Assembly (NCBI GenBank): GCA_038245905.1
Contig: JBBRRY010000002.1
Coordinates: 1-64,000, forward strand
Length of the DNA stretch: 64,000 nucleotides
Reading direction: 5' to 3'
DNA from: Thermoanaerobaculia bacterium
GTDB lineage: Bacteria; Acidobacteriota; Thermoanaerobaculia; UBA5066
A program made the translations under genes and the position numbers. Positions within the stretch are counted from its first letter, which is position 1; the number at the start of each line of letters is the position of its first letter. Under the pieces are notes generated by a model. That model did no database searches. It was not told the DNA's origin and saw only the letters and a program-made list of their open reading frames with translations. Below are positions 1 to 10,537 of the stretch, one piece after another.

Positions 1-5
1 CCGTC

Positions 6-545
6 TCAGTCGTCTTCGAACGGGTCGCGGCCCATCTCGGCGATGACCTTGTCCAGCCGGTACTGGCTCGGGCCGAAGACGAAGCGCATCTCGCCGTTCT
101 CGCAGACGACGTCCTTGACCTGGACGGAGAGCTCGGGCGGGAGGACGCCGTTCAGGTTCACGACCACGATCCGCTCCTCCGGGTAGAAGAACGCGCGCCC
201 TTCCGGCTGCCGGTCGACGATCTTCGTGAGGACCCAGTTCGGAATCGGCACGACCCCGAAAACGCGGAGGTCGGTGATCGTGAACCCGAGGAAGCCGTCC
301 TTGAAGCGCATCGACTCGAGGTGGCCGCGAAAGGCGACCGGAATCCCTTTTTTGATGCGCACCGTGAGGCCCAGCCGGCCGTCCTCGGGCTCGATCAGGA
401 TCTCCCGGACTTCGGGCACTTTTCGGGTCGCCTGGCGGGCGATCGTGTTCAGCGTCGTCGCGTCGATGGCGACGACGAGGCCCTCCCAGCGCACGGTGAG
501 GGCGGGGAGGTCGGGAGACGGGATCGCGAATGCGGGCTCAGCCAT
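6..545 (-). CDS. Hypothetical protein, possibly LmeA/DUF2993-like lipid-binding fold
   Basis: ATG at 545 (MAEPAF...) inside ORF 6..653, just downstream of the ubiA-like stop. Normal globular composition with amphipathic beta strands. The fold assignment is a weak impression. Confidence 0.6.
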   Translation of the reverse strand: MAEPAFAIPSPDLPALTVRWEGLVVAIDATTLNTIARQATRKVPEVREILIEPEDGRLGLTVRIKKGIPVAFRGHLESMRFKDGFLGFTITDLRVFGVVPIPNWVLTKIVDRQPEGRAFFYPEERIVVVNLNGVLPPELSVQVKDVVCENGEMRFVFGPSQYRLDKVIAEMGRDPFEDD

Positions 546-586
546 CCCACCGATCCTACGCTCGACGGCCCCGTTCGCGAAGGGAC

Positions 587-1564
587 TCAGAGGAGATAGG
601 CGGCCGCGAAGCCAATCTGCGCCGCCATCAGCATGAGGTACATATGAGTCCATGACGGATGGTTTTCCGTCGTCGCGAGCTCATCCGGATTTCTTCGAAG
701 GAGGTGGACCGTATACGCGCCCCAGGCGGCCAGGAGCAGGCCGAGCGCCGTGAGGAGAAACGGGTTTCCGCTCAGGAGGCGGTGGGCGGGCGCCGCGGGG
801 TCCGGCGCGCGCGCGAAGAGCGGCACGAAGAGCCAGGGCAGGACGAAAAAGGGCGAGATGATCGCGACGGCTCGGCGGTTGCCGTATTTCACGGGGAGGG
901 TCGCACACCCACCCGCGCGGTCTCCCGCGGCATCCGAAAAGTCCTTCGTGGAGGCCGCACCGAGCAGGAAGAGGAAGAACACCGATCCGATGGCCCAGGG
1001 CTCCCACGAGAACGCGGAGCCGACGAGCGTCCAGCCCGCGACCTTGAGGAGGCACCCGCGGGGAATCGCGATCGTCACGTTCGCCCACATCCCGAGGCGC
1101 TTCGTGCGCCCGAATACCGGCACGGAATAGATCAGCGTCGCGAGGAGCCCGCCGAGGAACAGGAAGAAGCACTGGTGGTCGAGGACGGGTGCACGCAGCC
1201 GCGCAAAGAGCCCCGCTGGCGCGGGCACGACGATCACCCACGTCGGAACGAGGGCGAGGACGTAGAGCAGCCACGTGAGTCGCCACGCCGCGGCCATGGA
1301 CACCTCGCCCGTGACGAGGGGGCGGTCGGGCTTGTTGACCCGGTCCACCTCGATGTCGGTGATCTGGTTGAGGACGTTCGAGGCCGCGTTGAGGAGCGAC
1401 GCGCAGAGCGCTCCGAGCGCGACGACCCCGAGGAGCTCCGGCGTGACTCTGTGAGAGGCATTGTGCGCGCTTCCAAACGCGCAGACCGCGCCCGAGAGAA
1501 TGCCGAGGAGAGGCGGCAGGAGCGTGAACGGGCGCGAGAGGCGCGTCACGAGCCGGAGGTTCAC
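587..1564 (-). CDS. UbiA-family prenyltransferase (DGGGP synthase/chlorophyll synthase-like)
   Basis: GTG at 1564 overlaps the upstream TGA (GTGA). Motifs RLSRPFT, NVLNQITDIEVDRVNKPDRPLVTG, YS..P and KDFSDAAGDRAGG..TLP; multiple TM helices. Confidence 0.9.
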   Translation of the reverse strand: MNLRLVTRLSRPFTLLPPLLGILSGAVCAFGSAHNASHRVTPELLGVVALGALCASLLNAASNVLNQITDIEVDRVNKPDRPLVTGEVSMAAAWRLTWLLYVLALVPTWVIVVPAPAGLFARLRAPVLDHQCFFLFLGGLLATLIYSVPVFGRTKRLGMWANVTIAIPRGCLLKVAGWTLVGSAFSWEPWAIGSVFFLFLLGAASTKDFSDAAGDRAGGCATLPVKYGNRRAVAIISPFFVLPWLFVPLFARAPDPAAPAHRLLSGNPFLLTALGLLLAAWGAYTVHLLRRNPDELATTENHPSWTHMYLMLMAAQIGFAAAYLL

Positions 1565-2901
1565 GAGAAAGCTCGCGCGGCCGCGAGAAGGGCGGGAGCG
1601 GTTGCGGCTCCCGCGAGGGTGTTCAGGAAGTTCAGGACATGGCCGTTCGACAGGCGCCAGGAAGCCCCGTCCCGCCCGAGAAGGCTCTCGAGCACCGTCC
1701 CGGCGCAGGCCGCGAGCACGACGGCGACCGCGCCCCTGGTCGTGAGGAGGAACGAGACGACGCCCGCGCCCGCGAGGAGGGCCGCCGCCGCGAATCCCGC
1801 GAGCGTGCCCGCCACCGAAACAGCGCCGTCCGTGCCAGGCGGCACGCGGCGGAAATCGGGCAGGAGGGCCGTCGGCGAGGCGATCGACTGGCCGATCTCG
1901 GTTCCGACCGTGTCCATGAGCGCCGTCGCGAGCGCCGCCGCGGCCGCGAGGCGAAAGACGTCGCCATTCGGCCCCAGCCCCGCGACGAGAGCGCAGAAGG
2001 CGGCCACCGAGACGTTCGCGAGGACGTTCTCCGCGCCGCGCCGCCCACCCTTCTCTTCCGCCTTCCCCATCGCCTCCTTGCGCCCCTTCCGGAAACGCGT
2101 CGCCAGCGTGCCAACGCCGAAGAACACCCAGAGCAGGAGATAGAGAGGCGCGGTTCCGAACGCAAGGACGACCGTCCCGAGAAGCGCGCCCGCCAGCGCG
2201 CCCGAGGGACGGACGAGGCGGAGAGAGAGGGCGATCCCGGACACCACGACGTTGACAGAAAGCGCGACGAGAAGGCCGCGAAGCGCGCCCGGCTCGAGAG
2301 CGTCCCGCCAGCCTCCGCGTGTCCCCAGCAGACACGCGAGAACCGCGGCGGCCACGAGCGGTGGCAGAACGTTGTCGTCCAGCTCGGATGGGAGGCTCTC
2401 CATGGCCGCGCCCGCGAGCGCGCCCGCAAGAAGACAGATCAGCTCGGAGGAGGAGGGAATTCGCGACGAAAGGAATCCATAGAGAAAAGATGCTCCGAGA
2501 AAGCCGAAGAACAGGTAGCCGAAGAAGCCGGCGAATGTCTTTCGGGAGTTCCAGGGAAGGCGAGGACCTCCGAAGAGGAGGCCCGTGAGCGACGCGAATC
2601 CGTCACCGAAAGCGAGGTATCCCCATCCGGCGGCGGCCACGGGAAGATTTCTTCGAAAGAGAACGAGGAGAACGAGGAGAACGAGCGGATACAGCGCGAT
2701 CCCAACCGAGTAACCTTTCTCCCCCTCTTCCCTTCTAAGAAAATACGGCACCATCCGCGGCAGGACGAAAACATTGAAAAGACAGGCGACCCCCGCGGCG
2801 AGGGCGGCCTGAAGCCATGTGATCGACGGCAGGAGAAGCGCGAATCCCCCCATCCCGATGTGCAGCGCCTTTCGCGCCGCTTCGGCGCGGGTCAGCGTCA
2901 T
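1561..2901 (-). CDS. Fusion of phytol/dolichol-kinase-like domain and DUF92 (VTE6/TMEM19-like) domain
   Basis: N half: RKALH, FGDGFASLTG, P.NSRKTFAG, ESL...LDDN. C half: GRRGAENVLAN, DTVGTEIG, VPPGTDGAVS..GT. ATGA overlap with rfbD. Confidence 0.85.
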   Translation of the reverse strand: MTLTRAEAARKALHIGMGGFALLLPSITWLQAALAAGVACLFNVFVLPRMVPYFLRREEGEKGYSVGIALYPLVLLVLLVLFRRNLPVAAAGWGYLAFGDGFASLTGLLFGGPRLPWNSRKTFAGFFGYLFFGFLGASFLYGFLSSRIPSSSELICLLAGALAGAAMESLPSELDDNVLPPLVAAAVLACLLGTRGGWRDALEPGALRGLLVALSVNVVVSGIALSLRLVRPSGALAGALLGTVVLAFGTAPLYLLLWVFFGVGTLATRFRKGRKEAMGKAEEKGGRRGAENVLANVSVAAFCALVAGLGPNGDVFRLAAAAALATALMDTVGTEIGQSIASPTALLPDFRRVPPGTDGAVSVAGTLAGFAAAALLAGAGVVSFLLTTRGAVAVVLAACAGTVLESLLGRDGASWRLSNGHVLNFLNTLAGAATAPALLAAARAFS

Positions 2902-3755
2902 GAAACGGGTCGCGCCGGTGCGGCGGCGCGGCGCTCGGCGAGATAGTCACCAAGGGCCTCGCGCCAGGAACGCGGCGCACTGCCGGTGAGGCGCTCGTAA
3001 AGCGACGTGTCGAGGACCGACCACAGGGGACGCCGGGCTGGCCTCGGGAACGCCGACGTCGGGACCGGGCGCACGAGGACGTCCGCGCGCCCCTCGCGCG
3101 CGAGGACCTCCGAAGCGAGCTCGAACCAGGTGGCGTCTCCCGCGTTCGCGAAATGGACGACTCCCGTGACGCGCTTGTCGACGAGCCGCCTGATCCCCGC
3201 CGCGAGGTCGGCGGCGAACGTGGGGCGCCCGACCTGGTCGTTCACGACCGAGAGCTCCCGCGCGCCGCCTTCGACTCTCTTCAGAATCGTGTCCACGAAG
3301 TTCACGCCGCCCATGCCGAACACCCACGAGGTCCGGACGACGAGCACCTCATGGCCTTCCTCGAACGTGCGGCGTTCCCCCATCAGCTTGGCGCGGCCAT
3401 ACGCGTTGATCGGGTCCACGGGGTCATCCTCGCGGTAGGGCCGTATCCCTCTGCCCGAGAAGACGAAATCTGTCGAGACATGCACGAGCATCGCGTCGAG
3501 CTTGCGGCAGAGCGCCGCGAGCGCGCCGACGGCGACGGCATTCACGAGCACGTGGTGCGGGTCGGACTCGGCGGCGTCGACGCGCGTGTCGGCAGCGGCG
3601 TTCAGGACGAGGCGCGTGTCCGGGGCGAGGGCCGCGCGCAGGGCGGCCCCGTCCGTGATGTCGAGCGCCGCCCGCGTGAAACGCTCGGCGTCCGGGAACT
3701 CCCGTCCGAGCGCCCGTCCGAGCATTCCGCCGGCACCGAGAATGACCGTCTGCAC
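2898..3755 (-). CDS. rfbD: dTDP-4-dehydrorhamnose reductase
   Basis: GAGGMLG, NAAADT.VD.AE, HVSTDFVF.G, YGRAK, RTSWVFG, DQVGRPT motifs. Confidence 0.93.
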   Translation of the reverse strand: MQTVILGAGGMLGRALGREFPDAERFTRAALDITDGAALRAALAPDTRLVLNAAADTRVDAAESDPHHVLVNAVAVGALAALCRKLDAMLVHVSTDFVFSGRGIRPYREDDPVDPINAYGRAKLMGERRTFEEGHEVLVVRTSWVFGMGGVNFVDTILKRVEGGARELSVVNDQVGRPTFAADLAAGIRRLVDKRVTGVVHFANAGDATWFELASEVLAREGRADVLVRPVPTSAFPRPARRPLWSVLDTSLYERLTGSAPRSWREALGDYLAERRAAAPARPVS

Positions 3756-3788
3756 GAGCAGAGAAGTCTACACGGCGAGGCTCGCCCG

Positions 3789-5147
3789 CTACTTGCGGAG
3801 CGGCACGGCAAAGGGGTCGTTCGTGCCGGCCGTCGTGTTCCCGTCCACCACGTAGGCGGTTCCGGCGACTGCGCAGCCCGGGGTCACGTTTCGAACCAGG
3901 ACGGACGCCGCGCGGACGTCACCTGAGATCCCGTACGTGTCCTTGAGGCGGTTCTTCTGGATCATCGTGCGCGGCGGAACCGTGAAGGTCTTCGTGCCGC
4001 CGAGCACGTTTCCGCCCGCATCGCGCAATTCCGACTGAAGGACGCATGGCGTCGACGACGGATTGACGAGAGCGAGGTTCGTTCGCGCGGACGCGTCCTC
4101 GCGCACCGCAGTGAACCAACCGGTCTCCCCGGTGGCGAGCGCCAGCGCGGGCGACGCGCCCGCGGACACGTCCACGGCCTCGGTAAACTGCCCGAAGGTC
4201 CCCGCGCCCCCGGGCGCCGTCGTCGCGGTGCGCGCGCCGACGAGAAGCCGGCTCGTGGACTGCACGAGAACGGCGCCATAGTCCGAAGACACCGAGAAGA
4301 GAGCGGCCAGGACGTCCGGGATCTCGCGCGACCCGGACGGGCCGATGCGCTGCGGGCTGGACGAGGGCTGGACGGCCGGGAGGTTCTGCTCGCCGTCGCT
4401 TCCGTGCCCCAGATACTGAACGACGAACTGGCCCTCTGAAGCTTCCACGTTCGTGACCGAAAGGTCGCTCACGAACCCGCCCGACCGCGCGATCGACGGG
4501 ACCACGTAGGTGTACGGATAGTTGATCGCCACGCGGGCGACGTTCAGCCGGAGCGTGCCGCCCTTCGAGGGTTCGAAGGCGCCCATAAACGAATTCGCCT
4601 GGCCGATGCCGCCGACGGCGATCGTGTAGGTCGTGCCGACGCTCAGGTTGAGCGTGACCGAGGACTGGAGCGACCCCGGAGCGTCGTCGGGATTGAAACC
4701 GTTCTGACGACAGATTCCCGAGACGGCGCTGAGTGACCCACACGACCCGGTGTACAGGCCGATGATCGTGTCGTAGTCGGAGGCCGGCGTCGTCCCGATC
4801 GTATCGATGCGGTAGGTGGCCGAGACGGCGGGAGTGAACGAAAACCAGGCGAGACGCGAAGGCGGCGCTTGGCCACCGGTCGCGACCTGCCCCTTTACGT
4901 AGCACGGGAAGACAGGGGGGGCCCCGTCGTCCGGGAGAGCCCGGGTGTCCATGCCCGCCGAAGACCACGGCAAGGCCGCTGAGTCGACCACGACCGCGTC
5001 CGTGCAGGTCGCGCTGGGGGCCGCCACCTCGCCCCGGAGCACGGAAACGGGAAAAAAGAGGGCCAGAAGGACGAAACGGACCGAAAAATGCCTCACGGTG
5101 GAAGTGTCGGAACCGAGCGGAATCTCTCTCACCCGGTCCTGGGTCAT
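3789..5147 (-). CDS. Secreted hypothetical protein (Cys-containing N domain, beta-sandwich C domains)
   Basis: ATG at 5147 overlaps the lptD stop. Hydrophobic signal-like segment FVLLALFFPVSVLRG; Thr/Gly/Ser-rich beta content. The true start may be a GTG slightly downstream. Confidence 0.75.
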   Translation of the reverse strand: MTQDRVREIPLGSDTSTVRHFSVRFVLLALFFPVSVLRGEVAAPSATCTDAVVVDSAALPWSSAGMDTRALPDDGAPPVFPCYVKGQVATGGQAPPSRLAWFSFTPAVSATYRIDTIGTTPASDYDTIIGLYTGSCGSLSAVSGICRQNGFNPDDAPGSLQSSVTLNLSVGTTYTIAVGGIGQANSFMGAFEPSKGGTLRLNVARVAINYPYTYVVPSIARSGGFVSDLSVTNVEASEGQFVVQYLGHGSDGEQNLPAVQPSSSPQRIGPSGSREIPDVLAALFSVSSDYGAVLVQSTSRLLVGARTATTAPGGAGTFGQFTEAVDVSAGASPALALATGETGWFTAVREDASARTNLALVNPSSTPCVLQSELRDAGGNVLGGTKTFTVPPRTMIQKNRLKDTYGISGDVRAASVLVRNVTPGCAVAGTAYVVDGNTTAGTNDPFAVPLRK

Positions 5148-7387
5148 GGCAGGCTCCCGGTGAAGTCCAGGAAGCTGCCGACGTTTTTCAGCGTCAGTGC
5201 CACGCGAAAGTCCCGCGAAGGCACGTCTCCGGTTCTTAAATCCCGGTATTCCGCGAGGATCTTGAAGCAAGAGGCCTGGAGGGTCAGGAGCGAGCGGGAC
5301 TCGAGCATCTTTCCCTTGGACAGGTCGTAGTTCGCCTCCACGTCGAACCGGAGCCGCTTCGGAATAATCGGCATCCCGCCCGAGAATCGCAGCTGGGCCG
5401 AGGCGCCGGGGTCGAGCTCGGCCGGGACGATGACCGGGTGACTGTCGAAGAGCGAGAGCGAGAGCGAGCGCTCGGCGCCCGACACCACGGCCGTGACGCT
5501 CGCCGCCGTGACCTGGTTCGCGTGGGAATCCCACGTCGTCCGGACGTCGAGGTTCAGCGCAGAGGTGGCGTTCACCCGCAGGATGAAGTCCCACGGAGAG
5601 CTGCGTTGCGCGTCGGGCAGGGGCCCGTAGGCCGTGCCCTCGCCTGGCAGCTTCACGAAGTACCGGCGCGCCACCTCGAACGACGCGATCTCGCGCGAGC
5701 CGCCCTGCTCTCCCTTCGCGAGGAGGTGCTGCAGCAACGAGTATCGGATCACGTTCGTCGGGACCAGGGAATCGATCTCGTCGAAGAGAGGCGTCGCCGC
5801 GAAATCGTCGCGGCCCGCGAGGTAATCCCACGTGACACGCGGCTCGATCACGTGCTTGAACTTCGTGAACGGGCCGAGCTTGCCCTCGAAGAGGCGTGAA
5901 AAGGACGGGCCCGTCAGCGAGACGCTCGTCGAGAGCGCCTCGCGGTTGTAGCGGTCGTCGGTGAGCGACGCGCCGTCCGGTGAGAGGGACTTCCCGTACG
6001 ACGTGAGCCGCACGCCCGCCGTGCCTTCGAGCGACAGCCACGGGAAGAGCGAAAGCGGCACGTTCACCTTCGGGAAAAGGTCGAAGCGGCCGTAGGTGCC
6101 GGAGGGCAGGCCCTCGCCCCGATCCGTTCGAAGGACGCCCCCCTGCGCCGACGCTTCCACGAAGACCGCCTGCCCGAAGAAGGGCGTCGGACGCAGGCTG
6201 GCCTCGATCGTCGGAAGACGCTCGCTCACGATCGAGGAGGAACCGTAGCCGAGGGCCTCTTCGCGCGAGACGCGCAGGTTGACGGAGACGGGATCCGGAC
6301 TCCAGGTCAGGAAACCCTCGCTCTTCAGTGACCGGGTCGACGCGAGGCTGAAGTTGCGATTGAAGTCCTGGAAAAACGTCGAGTCCGAGAAGTTGATCCA
6401 CGTGGCGACGCCGCGCAGTCTGGGCCCGAGATCGTCCGAGACGAGCGTGCCCTGCGTCTGCCAGCGCCATGTGTCGACCGTCGGATCCTGAATCGTGTAG
6501 TACGTGCCTTCGAAACGCGTCCCCTCGGACGGCCGCGCCCGGACCTCCGCGCCGAACCCGTAGTACTTCTTCGTATAGAAGTCTCCCGAGAACGTCGCGT
6601 CCAGAGAACGCGAGATCGCCCAGTAGTACGACATCCCGAGATAGCCGCCACGGTTCGAGTTGTACCCGATTCCCGGAATCAGGAAACCCGACGCGCGGTC
6701 CCGGAGAGCCGGCCAGATGAGATAGGGAGTCCAGAGGATCGGCACACCCCCCATCGAGAACGTCACGCCCTTGAGGCGCGCGAACTCCTCGAGCGTCACC
6801 CGGGCGCTCCGGACCTTGAACTTCCAGGCCGGATCCTGACCCTCGCAGACCTCGCAGGACGTCACCATTCCGTCGGTGAGCGTAAAGGTGCGGGGTCCGA
6901 CCTTCGCGAGCGTCGCGCCCTTCAGATGAAGCCCCCCTTCGAGGTCCATGCGTCCGTCCGTGAGGACGCCGGTCTTCTCGGCGAGATCCAGCTCGAGGAG
7001 CGCGCCCTGCATGCGAGAGGCGCCCTGTTCGAAGGTGACGTCGCCTTCGGCGACGACGGTCTTCTGCTTCCGGCTGCCGTGCACGCTACGCGCCGTGAGC
7101 TTCACGTCCTGATACTCGATCGTGACGAACTTGCCGGGCGGCGCGTCCGCCGTGAACAGGTCGTCGTCCTTGAACGTCTGCTTGCCCTGCGGTCCGCCCG
7201 GTTCTCCATTGTCGATGACGATGCGAATCGTCCCGCCCTTGTCGGGCAGGCGGAATTTTGGCTCGAATCCGCCCCTCTCGCGAAAGCGCGACGAGAAAGG
7301 ATCGGTGTCGAACGAGGACTGGGAGAAGGAGAGATTTGCTGCCGCGCAGACGGCGACGGCGGCGCAAACGAGGAGCGGCCGGCGCAA
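5144..7387 (-). CDS. lptD: LPS-assembly protein LptD
   Basis: Signal peptide; OstA-like N domain (AEGDVTF, TSC....P.W, PILWTPY...P..DRASGFLIP); beta barrel with KHVIEP; aromatic-rich C terminus. TTG start at 7387 is uncertain. Confidence 0.88.
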   Translation of the reverse strand: MRRPLLVCAAVAVCAAANLSFSQSSFDTDPFSSRFRERGGFEPKFRLPDKGGTIRIVIDNGEPGGPQGKQTFKDDDLFTADAPPGKFVTIEYQDVKLTARSVHGSRKQKTVVAEGDVTFEQGASRMQGALLELDLAEKTGVLTDGRMDLEGGLHLKGATLAKVGPRTFTLTDGMVTSCEVCEGQDPAWKFKVRSARVTLEEFARLKGVTFSMGGVPILWTPYLIWPALRDRASGFLIPGIGYNSNRGGYLGMSYYWAISRSLDATFSGDFYTKKYYGFGAEVRARPSEGTRFEGTYYTIQDPTVDTWRWQTQGTLVSDDLGPRLRGVATWINFSDSTFFQDFNRNFSLASTRSLKSEGFLTWSPDPVSVNLRVSREEALGYGSSSIVSERLPTIEASLRPTPFFGQAVFVEASAQGGVLRTDRGEGLPSGTYGRFDLFPKVNVPLSLFPWLSLEGTAGVRLTSYGKSLSPDGASLTDDRYNREALSTSVSLTGPSFSRLFEGKLGPFTKFKHVIEPRVTWDYLAGRDDFAATPLFDEIDSLVPTNVIRYSLLQHLLAKGEQGGSREIASFEVARRYFVKLPGEGTAYGPLPDAQRSSPWDFILRVNATSALNLDVRTTWDSHANQVTAASVTAVVSGAERSLSLSLFDSHPVIVPAELDPGASAQLRFSGGMPIIPKRLRFDVEANYDLSKGKMLESRSLLTLQASCFKILAEYRDLRTGDVPSRDFRVALTLKNVGSFLDFTGSLP

Positions 7388-7398
7388 GGAAACGTCCG

Positions 7399-8061
7399 TC
7401 AGAGCCGCATTTCGGGCACGTCGCCCGAAACCTCGAGCGGCGGCTCGGTGGCGGCACGAATCTCGTCCACGGAGACGCCGGGCGCGCGCTCGACGAGAAC
7501 GAGACCTCCGCCCTTCTTCACGTCGAGGACGGCGAGGTCCGTGATGACGCGGTGGACGCAGGCTTTCCCTGTCAGGGGCAGCGTGCAGCGGTTCAGGATC
7601 TTCCTCTCGCCGTTCTTCGCCACGTGCTCCATCGTGACGACGATGCGCTTCGCCGCCGCGACGAGATCCATCGCGCCGCCCATCCCCTTGACGAGCTTTC
7701 CCGGGATCATCCAGTTCGCGAGGGAGCCCTCGGCGTCGACCTGCATGGCGCCCAGAATGCAGAGGTCGATGTGGCCGCCCCGAATCATCGCGAAGGAGTC
7801 GGCCGACGAGAAAAACGCCGCACCGGGAATGACGGTGACGGTTTCCTTGCCCGCGTTGATGAGGTCGGCGTCGACCTGGTCTTCCCCGGGATAGGGCCCC
7901 ATGCCGAGGATGCCGTTCTCTGACTGGAGGATGACCTCCATGCCCTTCGGGATGAAGTTCGAGACGAGCGTCGGCATGCCGATCCCGAGGTTCACGTACA
8001 TCCCGTCGCGCAGCTCCTCTGCCGCGCGCCGGATAATGCCGTCCCGGTCGAGCTTCGCCAT
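7399..8061 (-). CDS. scoB: 3-oxoacid CoA-transferase subunit B
   Basis: VNLGIGMPT, catalytic [26 protein letters not shown] at 8061. Confidence 0.95.
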   Translation of the reverse strand: MAKLDRDGIIRRAAEELRDGMYVNLGIGMPTLVSNFIPKGMEVILQSENGILGMGPYPGEDQVDADLINAGKETVTVIPGAAFFSSADSFAMIRGGHIDLCILGAMQVDAEGSLANWMIPGKLVKGMGGAMDLVAAAKRIVVTMEHVAKNGERKILNRCTLPLTGKACVHRVITDLAVLDVKKGGGLVLVERAPGVSVDEIRAATEPPLEVSGDVPEMRL

Positions 8062-8066
8062 TCCGG

Positions 8067-8780
8067 TCAGCCCTTCCGCACCGTGCGCCGCTCGATCCGC
8101 TTGACACGCGGCGCGACGACGACGCGCTTCACGAAGATGCCCGGCGTGTCGATTTCGTCGGGATCGAGTCCGCCCGGGTCCACGAGCTCTTCGACCTCCG
8201 CGATCGTGATCCGTCCCGCGGTCGCGGCCATCGGGTTGAAATTCCGGGCGGTCTTGCGGTACACGAGGTTCCCGAGCCGGTCGGCCTTCCAGGCGGCGAC
8301 GAGCGCGAAATCGCCGGTGATCCCGCGCTCGAGGACGTGCTCCCTCCCGTCGAAGAGCCTCGTCTCCTTGCCCTCCGCCACGATCGTGCCGGCGCCCGTC
8401 GGCGTGTAGAAGCCGGCGATGCCGGCCCCGCCCGCGCGCATGCGCTCGGCGAGCGTGCCCTGGGGACAGAACTCGAGCTCGAGCTCCCCCGCCAGGTACT
8501 GCCTCTCGAACTCGGCGTTCTCCCCGACGTAGGACGAGATCATCTTCCGGATCTTTTTCTTCCCGAGGAGGATCCCGAGGCCCCAGTCGTCCACACCGCA
8601 ATTGTTCGAGACGCAGACGAGAGAAGAGACGTCGCGTTCCGCGAGCGCCCCGATGAGGTTTTCGGGAATTCCGCAGAGGCCGAATCCGCCCACGACCAGC
8701 GTCGCGCCCGACGGAATGTCCCGGACGGCCTCTGCCGCCGCGTCCCGGGGTGAGGCTCCGCGGACGACCTTGTCGATCAT
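8067..8780 (-). CDS. scoA: 3-oxoacid CoA-transferase subunit A
   Basis: [49 protein letters not shown] at 8780. Confidence 0.95.
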   Translation of the reverse strand: MIDKVVRGASPRDAAAEAVRDIPSGATLVVGGFGLCGIPENLIGALAERDVSSLVCVSNNCGVDDWGLGILLGKKKIRKMISSYVGENAEFERQYLAGELELEFCPQGTLAERMRAGGAGIAGFYTPTGAGTIVAEGKETRLFDGREHVLERGITGDFALVAAWKADRLGNLVYRKTARNFNPMAATAGRITIAEVEELVDPGGLDPDEIDTPGIFVKRVVVAPRVKRIERRTVRKG

Positions 8781-8790
8781 CGGCCCGATT

Positions 8791-9969
8791 CTAGAGCGCT
8801 TCGACGACGACCGCCGTCGCTTCGCCGCCCCCGATGCAAATCGCGGCGAGGCCGTACTTCTTTTTGCGGGCGCGGAGGGCATGCACCAGCGTCGTGACGA
8901 TGCGTGAGCCCGACGAACCGATCGGATGGCCGAGGGCCACGGCCCCGCCGTTCACGTTCACCTTGTTCGGGTCGAGTGAGAGGTCCTCGATGAACGCCAT
9001 CGCCACGACCGCGAACGCCTCGTTCACCTCGAAGAGGTCGATCTGGGAAAGCGGAATTCCCGCCTTTTCGGCGGCCTTCCGCGCCGCCGCGACGGGCGCC
9101 GTCGTGAACCACTCGGGCTCCTGTGCGTGCGAGGCCTGGGCGACGATCCGGGCGATCGGCTTGTAGCTTCCGAGGCTCCCCTCGCCGACGAGGACGAGCG
9201 CCGACGCGCCGTCGTTGATCTTCGACGCGTTCGCAGCGGTGACCGTGCCGTCCTTCTGGAACGCCGGCTTGAGCGACCCCATCTTCTCGAGCTTCTCGAG
9301 CGGCGTCGCGAAGGGCTCCTCGTCTCGATCCACGGTGACAGGCCCTTTCTTGCCTTCGATCGTCACGGGCGCGAACTCGGCGTTGAAATCTCCAGCCTCG
9401 TTCGCACGGCGCGCGCGCTGGTAGCTCTCGAGCGCGTACGCGTCCTGCGCCTCGCGCGTGAAGGCGTACTTCGCCGCGCAGAGCTCGGCGCACGTTCCCA
9501 TGTGGACGCCCTTGTATGGATCCGTGAGTCCGTCGGAGATCATCGAGTCGAGGAGCTGGCCGTGGCCCATGCGCATGCCCGAGCGGCCCTTGAGAAAGAG
9601 GTAAGGCGCGTTGGACATGGACTCCATGCCGCCCGCGACCGCGACCTCGAACTCGCCTGCCCGAAGGGCGTTTGCCGCGTCCATGATTGCCCGCATACCG
9701 GACCCGCAGACCTTGTGGACCGTGATGCAGCCGGTCGAGACGGGGATGTCCGCGGCGAGGGCCGCCTGCCGGGCGGGCGCCTGGCCCTGGCCGGCCTGCA
9801 GGACGTTGCCCATCCAGACCTGGCCGACGCTTCCGGCAGGGACTTCCGCGCGGTCCAGCGCGGCCTTGATGGCCACCGCGCCGAGGCGCGAGGCCGAAAG
9901 GGGTGCGAGCGCGCCGAGAAACGTGCCGACCGGGGTGCGGGCGGCGGATAGGATGAAGACGTCGTTCAT
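8791..9969 (-). CDS. Acetyl-CoA C-acetyltransferase (thiolase)
   Basis: [22 protein letters not shown] and CIGGG catalytic motifs. Confidence 0.96.
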   Translation of the reverse strand: MNDVFILSAARTPVGTFLGALAPLSASRLGAVAIKAALDRAEVPAGSVGQVWMGNVLQAGQGQAPARQAALAADIPVSTGCITVHKVCGSGMRAIMDAANALRAGEFEVAVAGGMESMSNAPYLFLKGRSGMRMGHGQLLDSMISDGLTDPYKGVHMGTCAELCAAKYAFTREAQDAYALESYQRARRANEAGDFNAEFAPVTIEGKKGPVTVDRDEEPFATPLEKLEKMGSLKPAFQKDGTVTAANASKINDGASALVLVGEGSLGSYKPIARIVAQASHAQEPEWFTTAPVAAARKAAEKAGIPLSQIDLFEVNEAFAVVAMAFIEDLSLDPNKVNVNGGAVALGHPIGSSGSRIVTTLVHALRARKKKYGLAAICIGGGEATAVVVEAL

Positions 9970-10074
9970 GGCGGATGTGTCTCCCGAAAGTCGAGGTCCC
10001 GCGTGCGGACCGGCGAAGGGAGCGATTGTAGCCGGATTGGACTTCGCCGAGGGGGCCTCCTACGATTCGAGGTC

Positions 10075-10503
10075 GTGCGCGTCCTCGCGGTCGATTTCGG
10101 CGAAAAGCGGATCGGTCTCGCCGTCTCGGACGAGGCCGGCCGGGTCGTCGTCCCCGTGGGCGTCGTCTCGCGCTCGAGCGACGCGCAGGCCGCGGCGGCC
10201 GTCGCCGCAGCGGCGAAGGAGCGCGACGTGGTCCGCCTCGTCGTGGGGCACCCCGTGAACGCGGACGGCACCGAGGGCGATTGGGCGCGGCGCGTCCGGA
10301 ACTTCGCGCGGCGCCTCGAGGAGGCTTCCGGGCTCCCCGTGGACCTTCACGGCGAGGCCCTGACGACCGCCGCCGCCGAACGGACCCTCATCGACGCGGG
10401 CTTCGACAGGCGGCGACGCGGCGAAGTGCGCGACGCGGAAGCGGCAGCCCTCCTCCTGCGCGACTACTTCTTCGAGCGCGACGAGGCGCGCGGCGTGCGC
10501 TAG
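10075..10503 (+). CDS. ruvX: Holliday junction resolvase-like / pre-16S rRNA nuclease YqgF
   Basis: GTG start, RVLAVDFGEKRIGLAVSD, VVG.P, E..TT..A, D..AA..LL; upstream of mltG as is typical. Confidence 0.92.
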   Translation: MRVLAVDFGEKRIGLAVSDEAGRVVVPVGVVSRSSDAQAAAAVAAAAKERDVVRLVVGHPVNADGTEGDWARRVRNFARRLEEASGLPVDLHGEALTTAAAERTLIDAGFDRRRRGEVRDAEAAALLLRDYFFERDEARGVR

Positions 10504-10537
10504 GCGCGCGCCGGAGTCACCCGTGTACAGCGGTCAA

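Noticed and set aside
5144-8107. Apparent N-terminal extensions or fusions in the ORF track (lptD, ubiA, scoB, pilT, glnK, biotin carrier)
   Set aside because: The extensions overlap upstream genes in another frame; internal starts with stop/start overlaps or RBS explain them.
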